This document shows positions 39,776 to 49,738 of a stretch of 64,000 nucleotides of DNA, piece by piece. The DNA comes from Syntrophales bacterium (GTDB lineage Bacteria > Desulfobacterota > Syntrophia > Syntrophales > UBA6807). The stretch spans positions 1 to 64,000 of the forward strand of contig JAXGPA010000004.1 in assembly GCA_040767195.1 (NCBI GenBank), given 5' to 3'. Position 1 is the stretch's first letter, and each line of letters begins with the position of its first letter. Position numbers and translations under genes: made by a program. Below the pieces are notes generated by a model. That model was not told where the DNA came from and did not search any database. It saw nothing but the letters and a program-made list of their open reading frames with translations.

Positions 39776-41041
39776 CTACCATCCCCGGGTCCACATGTCG
39801 TCGTCCTCGTAAACCATTTCATCCAGGGCATGGGATTCCTGGGCGTCGTCCTCGATCATCCGCCCCGGCGCCGGGTCTTTCAGGACCTCATCGTAATACG
39901 CGTGCTGGATGAGAAGGCTCATGATCTCGTTGGTCCCGGTCCAGATCTGGATGAGGCGGGCGTCCCGGACCATCTTCTCGATGGGGAAAACGTTCGTGTA
40001 GCCGATGCCGCCGACGATGCGCATGGCCCGGTTGCACACGTCCCAGGCCACGTCCGTGGCGAATTTTTTCGCCTCGCTGACGAGCCTTCGGGCTGAGGGA
40101 AGACCGGCGTCCACGGCCTTCCCGGCGGCGATGGTGAGGGCCCTGGCGGCGTCGAGCCGGGTGACCGCCTCGGCGACCTGGAAGCTCACCCCCTGGAAGC
40201 GGCGGATCTTCTGGCCAAAAGCCTTCCGCCGGTCGCTGTACCGGACGGCCACCTCCAGGGGCGCCCGGGCGATGCCCAGGGAGGCGCCGGCGGAGGTCAT
40301 TCTCTCGGGAACCATCATGGTGTCGAAAATGCGGGCGCCCTCGTTGAGTCCCCCGATGAGGTTCCCCTCGGGCACCTTGACGTCCCGGAAAAGGAGCCGT
40401 CCCGTCCCGCCTCCCCGGGTCCCGAGGAGGCCGTAGTGGTACCGGACTTCCACGCCGGGCCGGTCCGCCTCGACGAGAAGAAGGCTGATCCTCTCCCGGG
40501 GGTGCCCCTCCGGGTTGGTGTTGCAGTAAACGATGAAAAAATCCGCCCCGTCGGCGGCGACGACGAAACGCTTCTGGCCCCGGACGGTGAAGCAGCCGTC
40601 CTTGAGGACGGCCCGGGTGGTGGCGCCGAAAAAGTCGGACCCGCCCCTCGGCTCGGTGAGCGCCTCGGCGGAGACCAGGTCCCCCTTGAGCATGGGTTTC
40701 AGGAATTTTTCCTTCTGATCTTCCGTGCCGAAGACATGGAGGGCCTCGCCGACGATGGACGGCATGGCGAAAGCGCACCCCAGGGCGGTGCCCAGCACCC
40801 CGATTTCCTCCAGGGCTGCCACCTCCGCCGTCCAGCCCAGTCCCCGGCCCCCGTATTCCCGGGGAAAGCGCAAACCGAGGAGGTTCCGCTCCCCCAGGGC
40901 CTTGACGAATTCCCGGGGGTACCGGATTTCGTCACGGTCCATTTTTTTGACCAGGTCCGCCGGCACGCTGTTCTTGACGAATTGCCGGACTTCGTCCCGA
41001 AGGGCGATTTCCTCTTCCGTGAGCAGGATGTCCTGCAGCAT
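39776..41041 (-). CDS. acyl-CoA dehydrogenase
   Basis: FPREYGG, GTEDQKEKFL, ALTEPRGGSD, GQKRFV, RKAFGQKI, GGIGY, RDARLIQIWTGTNEI. Confidence 0.92.
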   Translation of the reverse strand: MLQDILLTEEEIALRDEVRQFVKNSVPADLVKKMDRDEIRYPREFVKALGERNLLGLRFPREYGGRGLGWTAEVAALEEIGVLGTALGCAFAMPSIVGEALHVFGTEDQKEKFLKPMLKGDLVSAEALTEPRGGSDFFGATTRAVLKDGCFTVRGQKRFVVAADGADFFIVYCNTNPEGHPRERISLLLVEADRPGVEVRYHYGLLGTRGGGTGRLLFRDVKVPEGNLIGGLNEGARIFDTMMVPERMTSAGASLGIARAPLEVAVRYSDRRKAFGQKIRRFQGVSFQVAEAVTRLDAARALTIAAGKAVDAGLPSARRLVSEAKKFATDVAWDVCNRAMRIVGGIGYTNVFPIEKMVRDARLIQIWTGTNEIMSLLIQHAYYDEVLKDPAPGRMIEDDAQESHALDEMVYEDDDMWTRGW

Positions 41042-41192
41042 TTTTCCCTCCCCTGCCCCGTTTCCTCGGCCCCTTTTCACCGGGCCCGGGCGGCGGGGCG
41101 CCCGCCGCTGTCCTTTTATGCCCCCGGCCGGAAGGATGTCAACGCATTTTTTCGACGCGTCCCCGGACCGTTCGCCCTCACCGGGCGCCGCG

Positions 41193-42146
41193 TCACCGCG
41201 CCACGAAGAACCGGCCGTCCTCTTCCCTCACCCGGCCCCGGGCCTCCAGCCTGCGCAGGTGTTTCTGGGTCATGAGACGGTTCCACATGGACACCCAGGC
41301 GTCCCCGTGAAACTTCCGGGGATAGATGATCCCGAGACAGGCCAGCTCGTCCAGGGTCATGGGGGTTTTCAGGGATTCGAGAAGGGCCCGGTCCCGGTCG
41401 TCGATTTTCGAGAGAAAGACCTTCATTCCGTCGCGAAAGGATTCTCCGTCCACGAGGCCCTTCTCGTGACCGGTGATGTACTGTCTCGCGCCCAGGGCCA
41501 CGGCTTCCTTGCAGGATCGCACCATGGCGTCGATGTCCCCGTCCGTGCCGCCGTACCAGGGGCCGAAAGGGGTGAGGTCCATGTCGGACACGTAGGCGAT
41601 GCCCTCGCCGGGGAAAAAGAGGCAGCAGAAACCTTCCGAGTGGCCCGGCGCGGCCAGAACGCGGGCCTTCGTCTTCCCGAAATCCAGGACGTCTCCCCAG
41701 GCATAGGTGCCGTCGATGCGCGCCGTGGAAAGCCACCACTTGTGGTCGTTCTGGGGGGACCAGGGGCTTTGCGGCGTCCGGGGATCGGCGATCCGCTCGA
41801 GCCAGCCTTCCACCCAGGACTCACCGTAAACTTCGGCCATCCCGAGAAACCTCCCGATGGCCCGGCGGTCCCGGAACGCTTCGGACTCCCGGCTGTTCAG
41901 GAGGATGCGGGATTTTTCGAAGAGGAAATTCCAGGCGATGTGGTCGAAGTGATAGTGGGTGTTGATGACCCAGTCGACGGGAACCCGCCGCTTCAGGTCC
42001 GACAGGGGCCCCTCCCCGGCGCCGGTGTCCACCACCGCCTTCACGTCGTCGTCGATGAAGAGGCTGTGACTGAAGGGAAACCTTCCGCCGTTCCCCCCGG
42101 GGATCACCTTTATTTTCGGGGAAATCGTCGGAATCCAGTCGCCCAT
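41193..42146 (-). CDS. metallo-beta-lactamase-fold hydrolase
   Basis: VDTGAG, THYHFDH, APGHSEG, SDMD, TGHE; C-terminal winged-helix-like segment. Confidence 0.87.
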   Translation of the reverse strand: MGDWIPTISPKIKVIPGGNGGRFPFSHSLFIDDDVKAVVDTGAGEGPLSDLKRRVPVDWVINTHYHFDHIAWNFLFEKSRILLNSRESEAFRDRRAIGRFLGMAEVYGESWVEGWLERIADPRTPQSPWSPQNDHKWWLSTARIDGTYAWGDVLDFGKTKARVLAAPGHSEGFCCLFFPGEGIAYVSDMDLTPFGPWYGGTDGDIDAMVRSCKEAVALGARQYITGHEKGLVDGESFRDGMKVFLSKIDDRDRALLESLKTPMTLDELACLGIIYPRKFHGDAWVSMWNRLMTQKHLRRLEARGRVREEDGRFFVAR

Positions 42147-42161
42147 GGCACAGTCTTCCCG

Positions 42162-43556
42162 TCAGATTTTCAGAAGGTAGTGAACGATCCCCTCCAGGTG
42201 CCCCAGGGTGTTGCACTCCTTGACGAGGCTGCACGAGGAAAGGTACGCCTTCATGGCCGAATCCCCGGTACCCCAGAAGGGTCTCGTTTCGGGGTTGAGC
42301 CAGATGAGGCGCTTCGCCCGGTCATGAATTTCCCTGAGAATGCCCGGTTCGGGGTCGTAAAAGTTGCTTCTCCCGTCGCCGAGGATGATCACCGTCGTCT
42401 TCCGCGTCACGGCGCCGAGTCCGCAGGCCTTGAAATCACGGAAGGCCTGGCCGTAGTCGGTGCGGCTGAGGCGGATGTCCAGGTCCTGCCCGGACTGGAT
42501 CCTGTCGACGGCCTCCTCGGGGGAACAGCGGTCGAAGACATGGCTGGCCTCCACCAGGTTGCTGCAGAAGACGAAGGTGCGGATCCTCACCAGTTCCTCG
42601 TTGAGGCTGTAGAGGAAAAGGAGAAAGAAGCGAACCACGGTCCTCACGGACTGGCTGATGTCGCAAAGGACCATCATGTCCGCCCTGTCCTTTTTTTTCC
42701 GCTTCCACGACACGTGGAAAGGGATACCGCCATAGGGAATGGACCGCCGCTGGGTTTTCCTGAAATCCAGGCGTCCCCGGCTCCACCCCCGGCGCCTTCT
42801 CCAGTAGATGTCGTTGAGACGCCGGACGATCCGGCGGACCACGGCCTTCAGCGTTTCGATCTCCCGCTCGTCAAGCCGGGTGAGCCCCACGGACCGGTAC
42901 CGGTTCAGGTCCTCCGCCGGGGTCGTGCCCGCGAATTGAAGAAGGGTTTTCACATAGTCCCGGGTGAAGGCGACGAGCTGCTCCCGGGACTCTTTCAGCC
43001 CTGTCGCCACGGACCCCGACAAGGGGGACCCGGCCATGGAAAGCATGTTGATGTCGCCGTCCAGTCCTTCCATCCCCAGGCCACTCAGGATCCGACGGAC
43101 CACGACGGCCTGGTTTACGGGATAACGGGCCCCGTCCAGGGACAGGGAGCGCGCCGTTTCCTGGAGCCGCCGGGCGAGAAGGCCTCCATCCCCTTCCAGG
43201 AGCATTCGTGAAAGGGGCGAGAGTCCTTCGACGCCCCTTCCGGGGGTGCCCGTCTTCACGGCGCCCGCCGGCGGGAAAACGGTGAGTCGGGAGAAATACC
43301 TGTCAAAACACACCTGGAAAACCGCCTCTTCGTCGGGGGATTTGGCCAGTGCGGCGGCGAGGGCGTACTTCAGGGTGTCCCGGTCGTCATACCCGGCAAA
43401 GGAGACCGCTTCCAGGGCATCCAGGGTTTCGGACAGGGAGATCCGGACGCCGCTTTTCCGGAGGAGGGAGATGAACCCCAGGAGCGTGTCCTCCGGTCCT
43501 CTCCCGGGCCCCTCAGGGAGGCCGGTGAAGCCGGCGGTCGGCGACTCACGATTCAT
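42162..43556 (-). CDS. VWA-domain CoxE-like protein
   Basis: LRKSGVRISLSE, GRLDFRKT, MIDAS-like CDISQSV, TDYG, ILGDGRSN, IWLNPE, WGTGDS. Confidence 0.88.
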   Translation of the reverse strand: MNRESPTAGFTGLPEGPGRGPEDTLLGFISLLRKSGVRISLSETLDALEAVSFAGYDDRDTLKYALAAALAKSPDEEAVFQVCFDRYFSRLTVFPPAGAVKTGTPGRGVEGLSPLSRMLLEGDGGLLARRLQETARSLSLDGARYPVNQAVVVRRILSGLGMEGLDGDINMLSMAGSPLSGSVATGLKESREQLVAFTRDYVKTLLQFAGTTPAEDLNRYRSVGLTRLDEREIETLKAVVRRIVRRLNDIYWRRRRGWSRGRLDFRKTQRRSIPYGGIPFHVSWKRKKKDRADMMVLCDISQSVRTVVRFFLLFLYSLNEELVRIRTFVFCSNLVEASHVFDRCSPEEAVDRIQSGQDLDIRLSRTDYGQAFRDFKACGLGAVTRKTTVIILGDGRSNFYDPEPGILREIHDRAKRLIWLNPETRPFWGTGDSAMKAYLSSCSLVKECNTLGHLEGIVHYLLKI

Positions 43557-43563
43557 GTCCCTT

Positions 43564-44502
43564 TCAGCCTCCCCGGACGCTTTTTCGCATGAGATCGGGA
43601 AGACTGTCCCGAAGGAGTTCCCCGTCCGACTCGAACTTTATGAAGACATTCATCGTTTCGTTGATGAGCTCGCTGGACAGGCACTCGGCGTGAAGAAAAA
43701 GCAGGGTCCTGGCCCAGTCGATGGCCTCGCTGATGGAGGGAACTTTTTTCAGCTGCAGCTTTCGCACTTCCTGGATGAAGGACACGAGCTGCCGTTTCAG
43801 AAGATCGGAGACACCGGGCGCCCGGACGGCGATGATTTTCGATTCCAGGGCGGCGTCGGGAAAGGGAATGTACAGGTGGAGGCACCGCCTCTTCAGGGCG
43901 TCCCCCAGTTCGCGGGTGTCGTTACTCGTCAGGAAAACGATGGGGTGGGACGTGGCCCGGACCGTCCCGATCTCCGGGATGGACACCTGGAAATCGGAGA
44001 GGATCTCCAGGAGAAACGCCTCGAATTCCTCGTCGGACTTGTCGATCTCGTCGATGAGAAGCACCGTTCCCCCGCTTCTCTGCAGGGCCTGGAGAAGCGG
44101 CCTCGGCTCCAGGAATTCGGGGGAGAAGAACAGGTCGTCGTACCGGTGCAGCGTCCGGACGGCATCGGTGAGGCTCGTCTCGCTGTTCACGATGTCGTTC
44201 AGCCTGTCCTTCAGGATCTGGGTGTAAAGAAGCTGCTTCCCGTATTTCCACTCGTAGAGGGCCTTCGATTCGTCCAGCCCTTCGTAGCACTGGAGCCGGA
44301 TGAAGGGGAGGCGGAAAATCTCCGCCGTCTTCTTGGCCAGCTCGGTCTTGCCGACACCGGCGGGACCTTCCACGAGAACGGGCTTTCCCAGGTGGAGGGC
44401 GATGAGCAGGGTCGTCGCGATCTTTCGGCTGCAGATGTACTGGACCCCTTCCAGGGCTTTCAGAAGGGTTTCCGGGGAATCAAAAAAAGCGGAACCGGTC
44501 AT
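43564..44502 (-). CDS. MoxR/CoxD-like AAA+ ATPase
   Basis: EGPAGVGKTELAK, RLQCYEGLD, RPLLQA, LLIDEIDK, FEAFLLE, LTSN, DALKRRC, PSISEAIDW. Confidence 0.9.
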   Translation of the reverse strand: MTGSAFFDSPETLLKALEGVQYICSRKIATTLLIALHLGKPVLVEGPAGVGKTELAKKTAEIFRLPFIRLQCYEGLDESKALYEWKYGKQLLYTQILKDRLNDIVNSETSLTDAVRTLHRYDDLFFSPEFLEPRPLLQALQRSGGTVLLIDEIDKSDEEFEAFLLEILSDFQVSIPEIGTVRATSHPIVFLTSNDTRELGDALKRRCLHLYIPFPDAALESKIIAVRAPGVSDLLKRQLVSFIQEVRKLQLKKVPSISEAIDWARTLLFLHAECLSSELINETMNVFIKFESDGELLRDSLPDLMRKSVRGG

Positions 44503-45640
44503 TTCTTTCCTCCTCCAAGAGGGCCGCGCCGATTTTTTCCTTCTTTTTTTCCTGAACCGCGTGGGCGATCCCGATCGCGGGAACAAGGTCTTTCATGAGC
44601 CGGGACCATTCCTCCCCCGGGGCCAGTCTCCTGGCGGCCACGAATTCATCCAGGTCTTTCAGGAGCCTTCGGATGTTTCTCCGGGCGAAGAGGACCATGG
44701 ACGTGACCTCCCCCCGGGCCTCGGGAACCTCCAGTTTCTTCGCCGCCTCCCGGGAAACGACCCGGATGCCCTCCAGGGAGGACCACGCCGAACCGAGGAA
44801 GGTCTTTACCTCCACCCCCGGACCGCCCCCGGGCCTTTTTCGCAGGGTGGACAGGAGAATCTGGAAGAGGCGGCCCGTGCCGCCCGAAACCAGGCCGGCG
44901 AGAAAGACGTCTTCCCAGGTTCGAAAAGGAATGGAGAGGGTTTCCCAGGCCCTGTTCTCCTCGCCGAAAAGAGCATCCCCTTCAAGACGGCAATTCTCGA
45001 GGCGGATCCCCTCGTGGGGGCACGGCCGAAGAAAGGACAGGAAAAAGGGCCCGGTCTTTCGGGCGCCCTTCGTCCCGTCGGGAACCAGGAAAGCGCTGAA
45101 GTTTTTCCGTCCGTTCTGTTCCCCCGTCACGGCGAAAACGAGAAAGAAAGAGGCGAGCGGACCATTGGTGAGGAAGTTCTTTTCCCCGTCCAGGATGTAT
45201 GCGTCCCCGTTTTTCCGGGCCCGGGTCGTCATGTCCTTCGGCCTCGCCCCGGCGTCCGGCTCGGAGATGGCCAGGGAACCGGTGAGCGCCCCCCGGGCCA
45301 TGCCGGGAAGATAGGCCGCCTTCTGATCGTCCCTTCCGAAGCGGGAAAGAAAGAAAAGGCCCATGACCTGGTGAATCAGCCAGGACAGGACGATTCCGGG
45401 ATTGTGTCCGTGACGGACCAGGGTCTCCCCTGCCAGGTGGACCGTCAGGGGGTCCGCGCCCGCTCCGCCGACGTCCCGGGGATACCCCACCCCGAGGAGA
45501 CCCTCGGAGGCCATCTCCCCCCAGAGATCGAGGGGAAAACGATCCATCCTCCCAAGATTCCTTCTCGACGCGATGCGGCTCTCGGCGAAGGCCGCCGCCC
45601 GTTCCAGGATCGTCTCACGAATTTCCAGATTCATGGCCAT
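44480..45640 (-). CDS. divergent acyl-CoA dehydrogenase family protein
   Basis: FPLDLW, YPRDVGG, AISEPDAG, LDGEKNFLTNG; the C-terminal GGxG/RD/EG motifs are not recognisable. Confidence 0.75.
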   Translation of the reverse strand: MAMNLEIRETILERAAAFAESRIASRRNLGRMDRFPLDLWGEMASEGLLGVGYPRDVGGAGADPLTVHLAGETLVRHGHNPGIVLSWLIHQVMGLFFLSRFGRDDQKAAYLPGMARGALTGSLAISEPDAGARPKDMTTRARKNGDAYILDGEKNFLTNGPLASFFLVFAVTGEQNGRKNFSAFLVPDGTKGARKTGPFFLSFLRPCPHEGIRLENCRLEGDALFGEENRAWETLSIPFRTWEDVFLAGLVSGGTGRLFQILLSTLRKRPGGGPGVEVKTFLGSAWSSLEGIRVVSREAAKKLEVPEARGEVTSMVLFARRNIRRLLKDLDEFVAARRLAPGEEWSRLMKDLVPAIGIAHAVQEKKKEKIGAALLEEERNDRFRFF

Positions 45641-45660
45641 TCACCGGGAACGCATCCCTT

Positions 45661-46089
45661 TCAATTGAATTTACGAAAGAACGCCTTGAGGATTTTCCGG
45701 AAACACGCCACGTCTTCCTCGGAAAAATCCGATTTGATCGCCTCGTTCACGTCTCTCAAGACCCGCTTCGCCCTATCGGCCTCTTCGTGCCCCGACGCCG
45801 TGATCTCGATGCGATAGGCCCTGCGGTCCGACGGGTGCGCTGCCCGGGCGGCGAACCCCATCTTTTCCAGCCGGTCGATCATGCCCGTGAGGGTGGAATT
45901 GTCCACCAGGAGCGCCTGGCTCAACTCGGACATGGTCTGCCCGTTGTTGCCCCGGAGAAGGAAAAGGAGAGCGGCCTGGGCGGCGGTGATGCGAAGCCCC
46001 TCGTCCCGAAACTTCTTCTTGAGGTAAGTCCTGAGGCGTTGCTGGGCCGTGAACACGAGATAAATGAGGCGGTCGTCCTGAACCGTCAT
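45661..46089 (-). CDS. MarR family transcriptional regulator
   Basis: ITAAQ, TMSELSQAL, STLTGMIDRLEKMG, DRRAYRIEITASG. Confidence 0.92.
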   Translation of the reverse strand: MTVQDDRLIYLVFTAQQRLRTYLKKKFRDEGLRITAAQAALLFLLRGNNGQTMSELSQALLVDNSTLTGMIDRLEKMGFAARAAHPSDRRAYRIEITASGHEEADRAKRVLRDVNEAIKSDFSEEDVACFRKILKAFFRKFN

Positions 46090-46114
46090 GGCCTTCAATC
46101 CTTTTTTACTTTTC

Positions 46115-46146
46115 CAAATATTGGCATATAAAATATTTGCTGTCAA
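46115..46146 (-). promoter_or_regulatory. MarR gene promoter overlapped by a candidate operator
   Basis: TTGACA-17 nt-CAATAT; inverted repeat CAAATATT-N9-AATATTTG at 46115..46139. Confidence 0.6.
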
Positions 46147-46216
46147 GACATTTTCCCATGCCATTCACGCTGACAGGAACAAAGACGTAAGCCGCCGGGA
46201 AATGGTCTTCTTCCGA

Positions 46217-47077
46217 TTACCAGTGGGGCTGGTTTCCGATGCGGTGTCCCATGACCTCCAGGGTCTCCGAGACGACAACGAAGGCCTCCGGGTCGAGGCG
46301 CCGGATGATCCGCTTCAGGCGGGAAAGCTCCTGAAAGGTGATGACCGTGTACAGGAGGGCGCCCTTCTGGCCGGTGAACCCGCCCCGGCCTTCGATGATG
46401 GTCACACCCCGGTTCAGGTCCTCGAGGATTTTCCGGTTGATCTCCTCCCAGGCCCGGGAAACGATCCAGACGGCTTTTCTCTGGCTCAAGCCCGTGACCA
46501 CGACGTTCAGGACCTTTGACGAAACATACAGGAATATGAGCGTGTACAGGGCTCCCTGAAGGGAAAAGAGGAGGGCCGCCAGGGCGAGAACGGCGGTGTT
46601 GAAAACGAGAACCGTCGTTCCCAGGCGGACGGAATAGTGCTTCAGGAGGATGACCGCCAGGATGTCCGTACCGCCCCCTGATCCGGCGGACTTGAGCGTG
46701 ATGCCCGTGCCGATTCCCATGATGATCCCCGCGAGAAGGGCGCCGAGAATCCGGTCCTCCACGGGGATCGTGACATGGATCCACTGGAGGGCCGCTGAAA
46801 AAAGAATCATTCCCGCCAGGCTGTAAAGGAAAAACCGCCTGCCGACAAACCGCCACCCGACGAGAAAAAGGGGCACATTGAGACACAGATAGATGCCGCC
46901 CAGGGGCAGCGAGGGAAAAAGATGCTTCACCACGAGGGTCAGCCCGGTGACGCCCCCGCTCACAAATTCCATGGGAACGAGGATGCCGTTCACGGCGGCG
47001 CCGCAAAAAACGGCGCCCACGGACAGAAGAACGACGTTCCAGAAAACCTCGCCGGCAATTTTTAATCTTTTACGCAT
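46217..47077 (-). CDS. YitT/UPF0750 family membrane protein
   Basis: SGGVTGL, LNVPLF, SGGGTD, LNRGVT, DPEAFV. Confidence 0.9.
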   Translation of the reverse strand: MRKRLKIAGEVFWNVVLLSVGAVFCGAAVNGILVPMEFVSGGVTGLTLVVKHLFPSLPLGGIYLCLNVPLFLVGWRFVGRRFFLYSLAGMILFSAALQWIHVTIPVEDRILGALLAGIIMGIGTGITLKSAGSGGGTDILAVILLKHYSVRLGTTVLVFNTAVLALAALLFSLQGALYTLIFLYVSSKVLNVVVTGLSQRKAVWIVSRAWEEINRKILEDLNRGVTIIEGRGGFTGQKGALLYTVITFQELSRLKRIIRRLDPEAFVVVSETLEVMGHRIGNQPHW

Positions 47078-47472
47078 GGGATATGACTCTCCCCGTTCGA
47101 CAATCGGAAAACCCTTCTTACCGGGATCATCGGAAAAAAGCAACGCCGCCCCGCTTCGGACCGCCTCCCGGGGAAGATCGGGTTCCGTCGGCTCTCCATG
47201 GGCTCTATTGACAGATCTCCGACAAAATGAGATAAAAAAACAAGAAAAAAGAGGTAATTTTCCCATGTTTCTCGTCGGGTTCGATCCGATCAACTATTAT
47301 TTCCCATGACTGTTCCCTGGAATCCAGCCCGCCGGAGACGCTGAATCCCCGTTTATCCCATCCCTGCAGCAAAAGGGCGCCGGGCGAGGTGAAAACCGCC
47401 ATTTCAGGGACTGATTGTCAAGCCGGTCGGTTCCGATGAGCCGCCCACCGGATCCAAGAAAGGACACAGGTC

Positions 47473-48738
47473 ATGGAAAACGAAAAAACGAGCGAAACAG
47501 AATCAACGCCATTCTGCGTGGACGTTCGAGGCCTCTGGAAAATCTTCGGCGACCGTTCCAGGGAAATCCTCGAATCGGATCTCCGGAAAGAAAGCCGGGC
47601 ATCCATCCTTGAAAAGACCGGGTCGGTGGTGGCGGTCCGGGACGTGTCCTTCCAGGTCCGAAAGGGGGAGTTTTTCGTCATCATGGGCCTGTCCGGAAGC
47701 GGAAAGTCCACCCTGATCCGGCTTCTCATGAGGCTCATCGAACCGACGACGGGAGAGGTCGACTTCAACGGGGAAAACATTCTCGCCTACGACGAGCAAC
47801 AACTCAATCATTTCCGACGCTACACCACGGGCATGGTTTTCCAGCACTTCGGCCTCTTTCCGCACCGGACGGTCATCGACAACGTAGCCTACGGGCTGAA
47901 GGTCCGGGGTGTCGGGGGAGAGGAGCGGCAGGCAAAGGCCATGGAGGCCATCGAAACGGTGGGACTGAAAGGGTGGGAAAATTACCTCCCCGGGGCGTTG
48001 AGCGGGGGGATGCAGCAGCGGGTCGGCATCGCCCGGGCCCTGGCCACCGAACCGGAAATCCTCTTCATGGATGAACCCTTCAGTGGCCTCGACCCCCTCA
48101 TACGAAGGGAGATGCAGGACGAACTGATCGAGCTTCAGTCCCGGCTGCAGAAAACCATCCTCTTCGTCACCCACGATCTTCACGAGGCCCTGAAGCTCGG
48201 GGACCGCATCGTGATCCTGAAAGACGGGGAAATCGTCCAGGTCGGCCCCCCCGAGGAAGTGGTCATTTCCCCGGCCAACGACTATGTCCGCGAATTCGTC
48301 TACGACGCCTCCATCCAGAGGGTCCTCACCGCGGGCAGAATCATGGAGGACCCGGACGCCCTGATCTACGACTGGCAGGGCCCCAAGGCCGCCCTCCACA
48401 TTCTCAGGACATCCAAGGAGGACCACGCCTTCGTGGTGGACCGGAAGAAGAAGCTCGTCGGTCTCATCACCATGGAAAGAATGAAAAAACTTATCGAAAA
48501 CCGCGGGGTCGCCCTGAGCGAGGTGATGGACCACGCACCGGTCACGACAAGCCCGGAAACGATTCTCGAGGATCTTTTCCCCCTCGCCGCAGGGGCGGAA
48601 TACCCCATTGCCGTGGTGGACGAGAACAACCGGTTTCTCGGCGAGATCCAGATCAGCTCGATCTTCGAAAACCTGATCCAGAGCGGCGGCGCAAAAGAGG
48701 AAGACAAAGAGGAAAAAGAGGAGGAAACCCATGACTGA
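47473..48738 (+). CDS. proV: glycine betaine/proline ABC transporter ATPase with CBS domains
   Basis: [64 protein letters not shown]. Confidence 0.92.
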   Translation: MENEKTSETESTPFCVDVRGLWKIFGDRSREILESDLRKESRASILEKTGSVVAVRDVSFQVRKGEFFVIMGLSGSGKSTLIRLLMRLIEPTTGEVDFNGENILAYDEQQLNHFRRYTTGMVFQHFGLFPHRTVIDNVAYGLKVRGVGGEERQAKAMEAIETVGLKGWENYLPGALSGGMQQRVGIARALATEPEILFMDEPFSGLDPLIRREMQDELIELQSRLQKTILFVTHDLHEALKLGDRIVILKDGEIVQVGPPEEVVISPANDYVREFVYDASIQRVLTAGRIMEDPDALIYDWQGPKAALHILRTSKEDHAFVVDRKKKLVGLITMERMKKLIENRGVALSEVMDHAPVTTSPETILEDLFPLAAGAEYPIAVVDENNRFLGEIQISSIFENLIQSGGAKEEDKEEKEEETHD

Positions 48739-49585
48739 TTTTCCCCGCCATCTCAGAATCCCGCTCGCCGACTGGGTCGACACGTTCATGTCCTGGCTTC
48801 TCGACAATTTCGCGGGCTTTTTCGACGCCCTGGGAGAACTCCTTCTCACCATTCTCGTCACCATCGAAAAGTTTTTCCTGTGGGTTCCCTGGTGGGCCAT
48901 GATCGCCGTTGCCGGCCTCGCCGGGTGGAAGGTCCTGGGACGGTGGTGGGCGGGAGCGGTCCTCGCGGGCCTCCTCTTTCTCATAGGGACCTTCGGGTAC
49001 TGGAAGCTCGCCATGATGACCCTCGCCCTGACCACCTCGGCGGTGATCATTTCCATTATCATCGGCATCCCCATGGGGATCCTCATGGCCCGAAGCGACC
49101 TTTTCGAGGCGGTCAACCGGCCGCTCCTCGATGCCATGCAGACCATGCCCAGTTTCGTGTATCTCATCCCCGCCCTCATGTTCTTCGGCCTCGGCAAGGT
49201 GCCCGCCCTGATCGCCACGCTGATCTACGCCGTCCCGCCGGTGATCCGGCTCACCAACGTGGGAATCCGCCAGGTGCCGAAGGAAACCCTCGAGGCGGCA
49301 AAGGCCTTCGGGGCCAACCCGCGGCAGATCCTCTTCGATGTCCAGCTTCCCCTGGCCATTCCGTCCATCATGGTGGGAATCAACCAGACCACCATGATGG
49401 CCCTCGCCATGGTCGTCATCGCCTCCATGATCGGGGCCCGGGGGCTGGGGCTCGAGGTTCTGCTCGCCATCAACCGCATCGAGGTCGGTCGGGGGTTCGA
49501 AGCGGGTTTGTGCATCGTCATCCTGGCCATCGTCATCGACCGGATCACCCACGGCCTCGCCGTGGCAAGGCAAAAGCGCCTGTGA
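48731..49585 (+). CDS. proW: glycine betaine/proline ABC transporter permease
   Basis: PLLDAMQTMPSFVYLIP, PPVIRLT, EAAKAFG, VQLPLA, GINQTTMMAL, ASMIGARGLG. Confidence 0.92.
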   Translation: MTDFPRHLRIPLADWVDTFMSWLLDNFAGFFDALGELLLTILVTIEKFFLWVPWWAMIAVAGLAGWKVLGRWWAGAVLAGLLFLIGTFGYWKLAMMTLALTTSAVIISIIIGIPMGILMARSDLFEAVNRPLLDAMQTMPSFVYLIPALMFFGLGKVPALIATLIYAVPPVIRLTNVGIRQVPKETLEAAKAFGANPRQILFDVQLPLAIPSIMVGINQTTMMALAMVVIASMIGARGLGLEVLLAINRIEVGRGFEAGLCIVILAIVIDRITHGLAVARQKRL

Positions 49586-49738
49586 CGGACAGGGAGGGCG
49601 AAAAGGACGCCGTCCCTGTTCGACATTCCGAAAGCCCCTGGCGGCGGAAAACCCGCCACGGGGCGTACACCGGTTCGGTTCCGTTCCCGGGAAATTTCGC
49701 GCCCCATGCCGAACCGCGGGAAAGGCAAGCGTGACGCC

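Noticed and set aside
40725..43211. Very long antisense or alternate-frame ORFs (828 aa here; also 720..2441, 18712..20886, 48653..50923, 26354..28129 and others)
   Set aside because: They lie opposite well-supported genes and have no motifs; such shadow ORFs are expected where high GC3 depletes stop codons on the other strand.
47330..47470. Possible c-di-AMP (ydaO) riboswitch upstream of proV, prompted by CGCTGAATCC
   Set aside because: The other conserved blocks (GGGGAACC, TAGGG, CCCGAA...CAGCTAAC) are missing. An Infernal/Rfam search would settle it.
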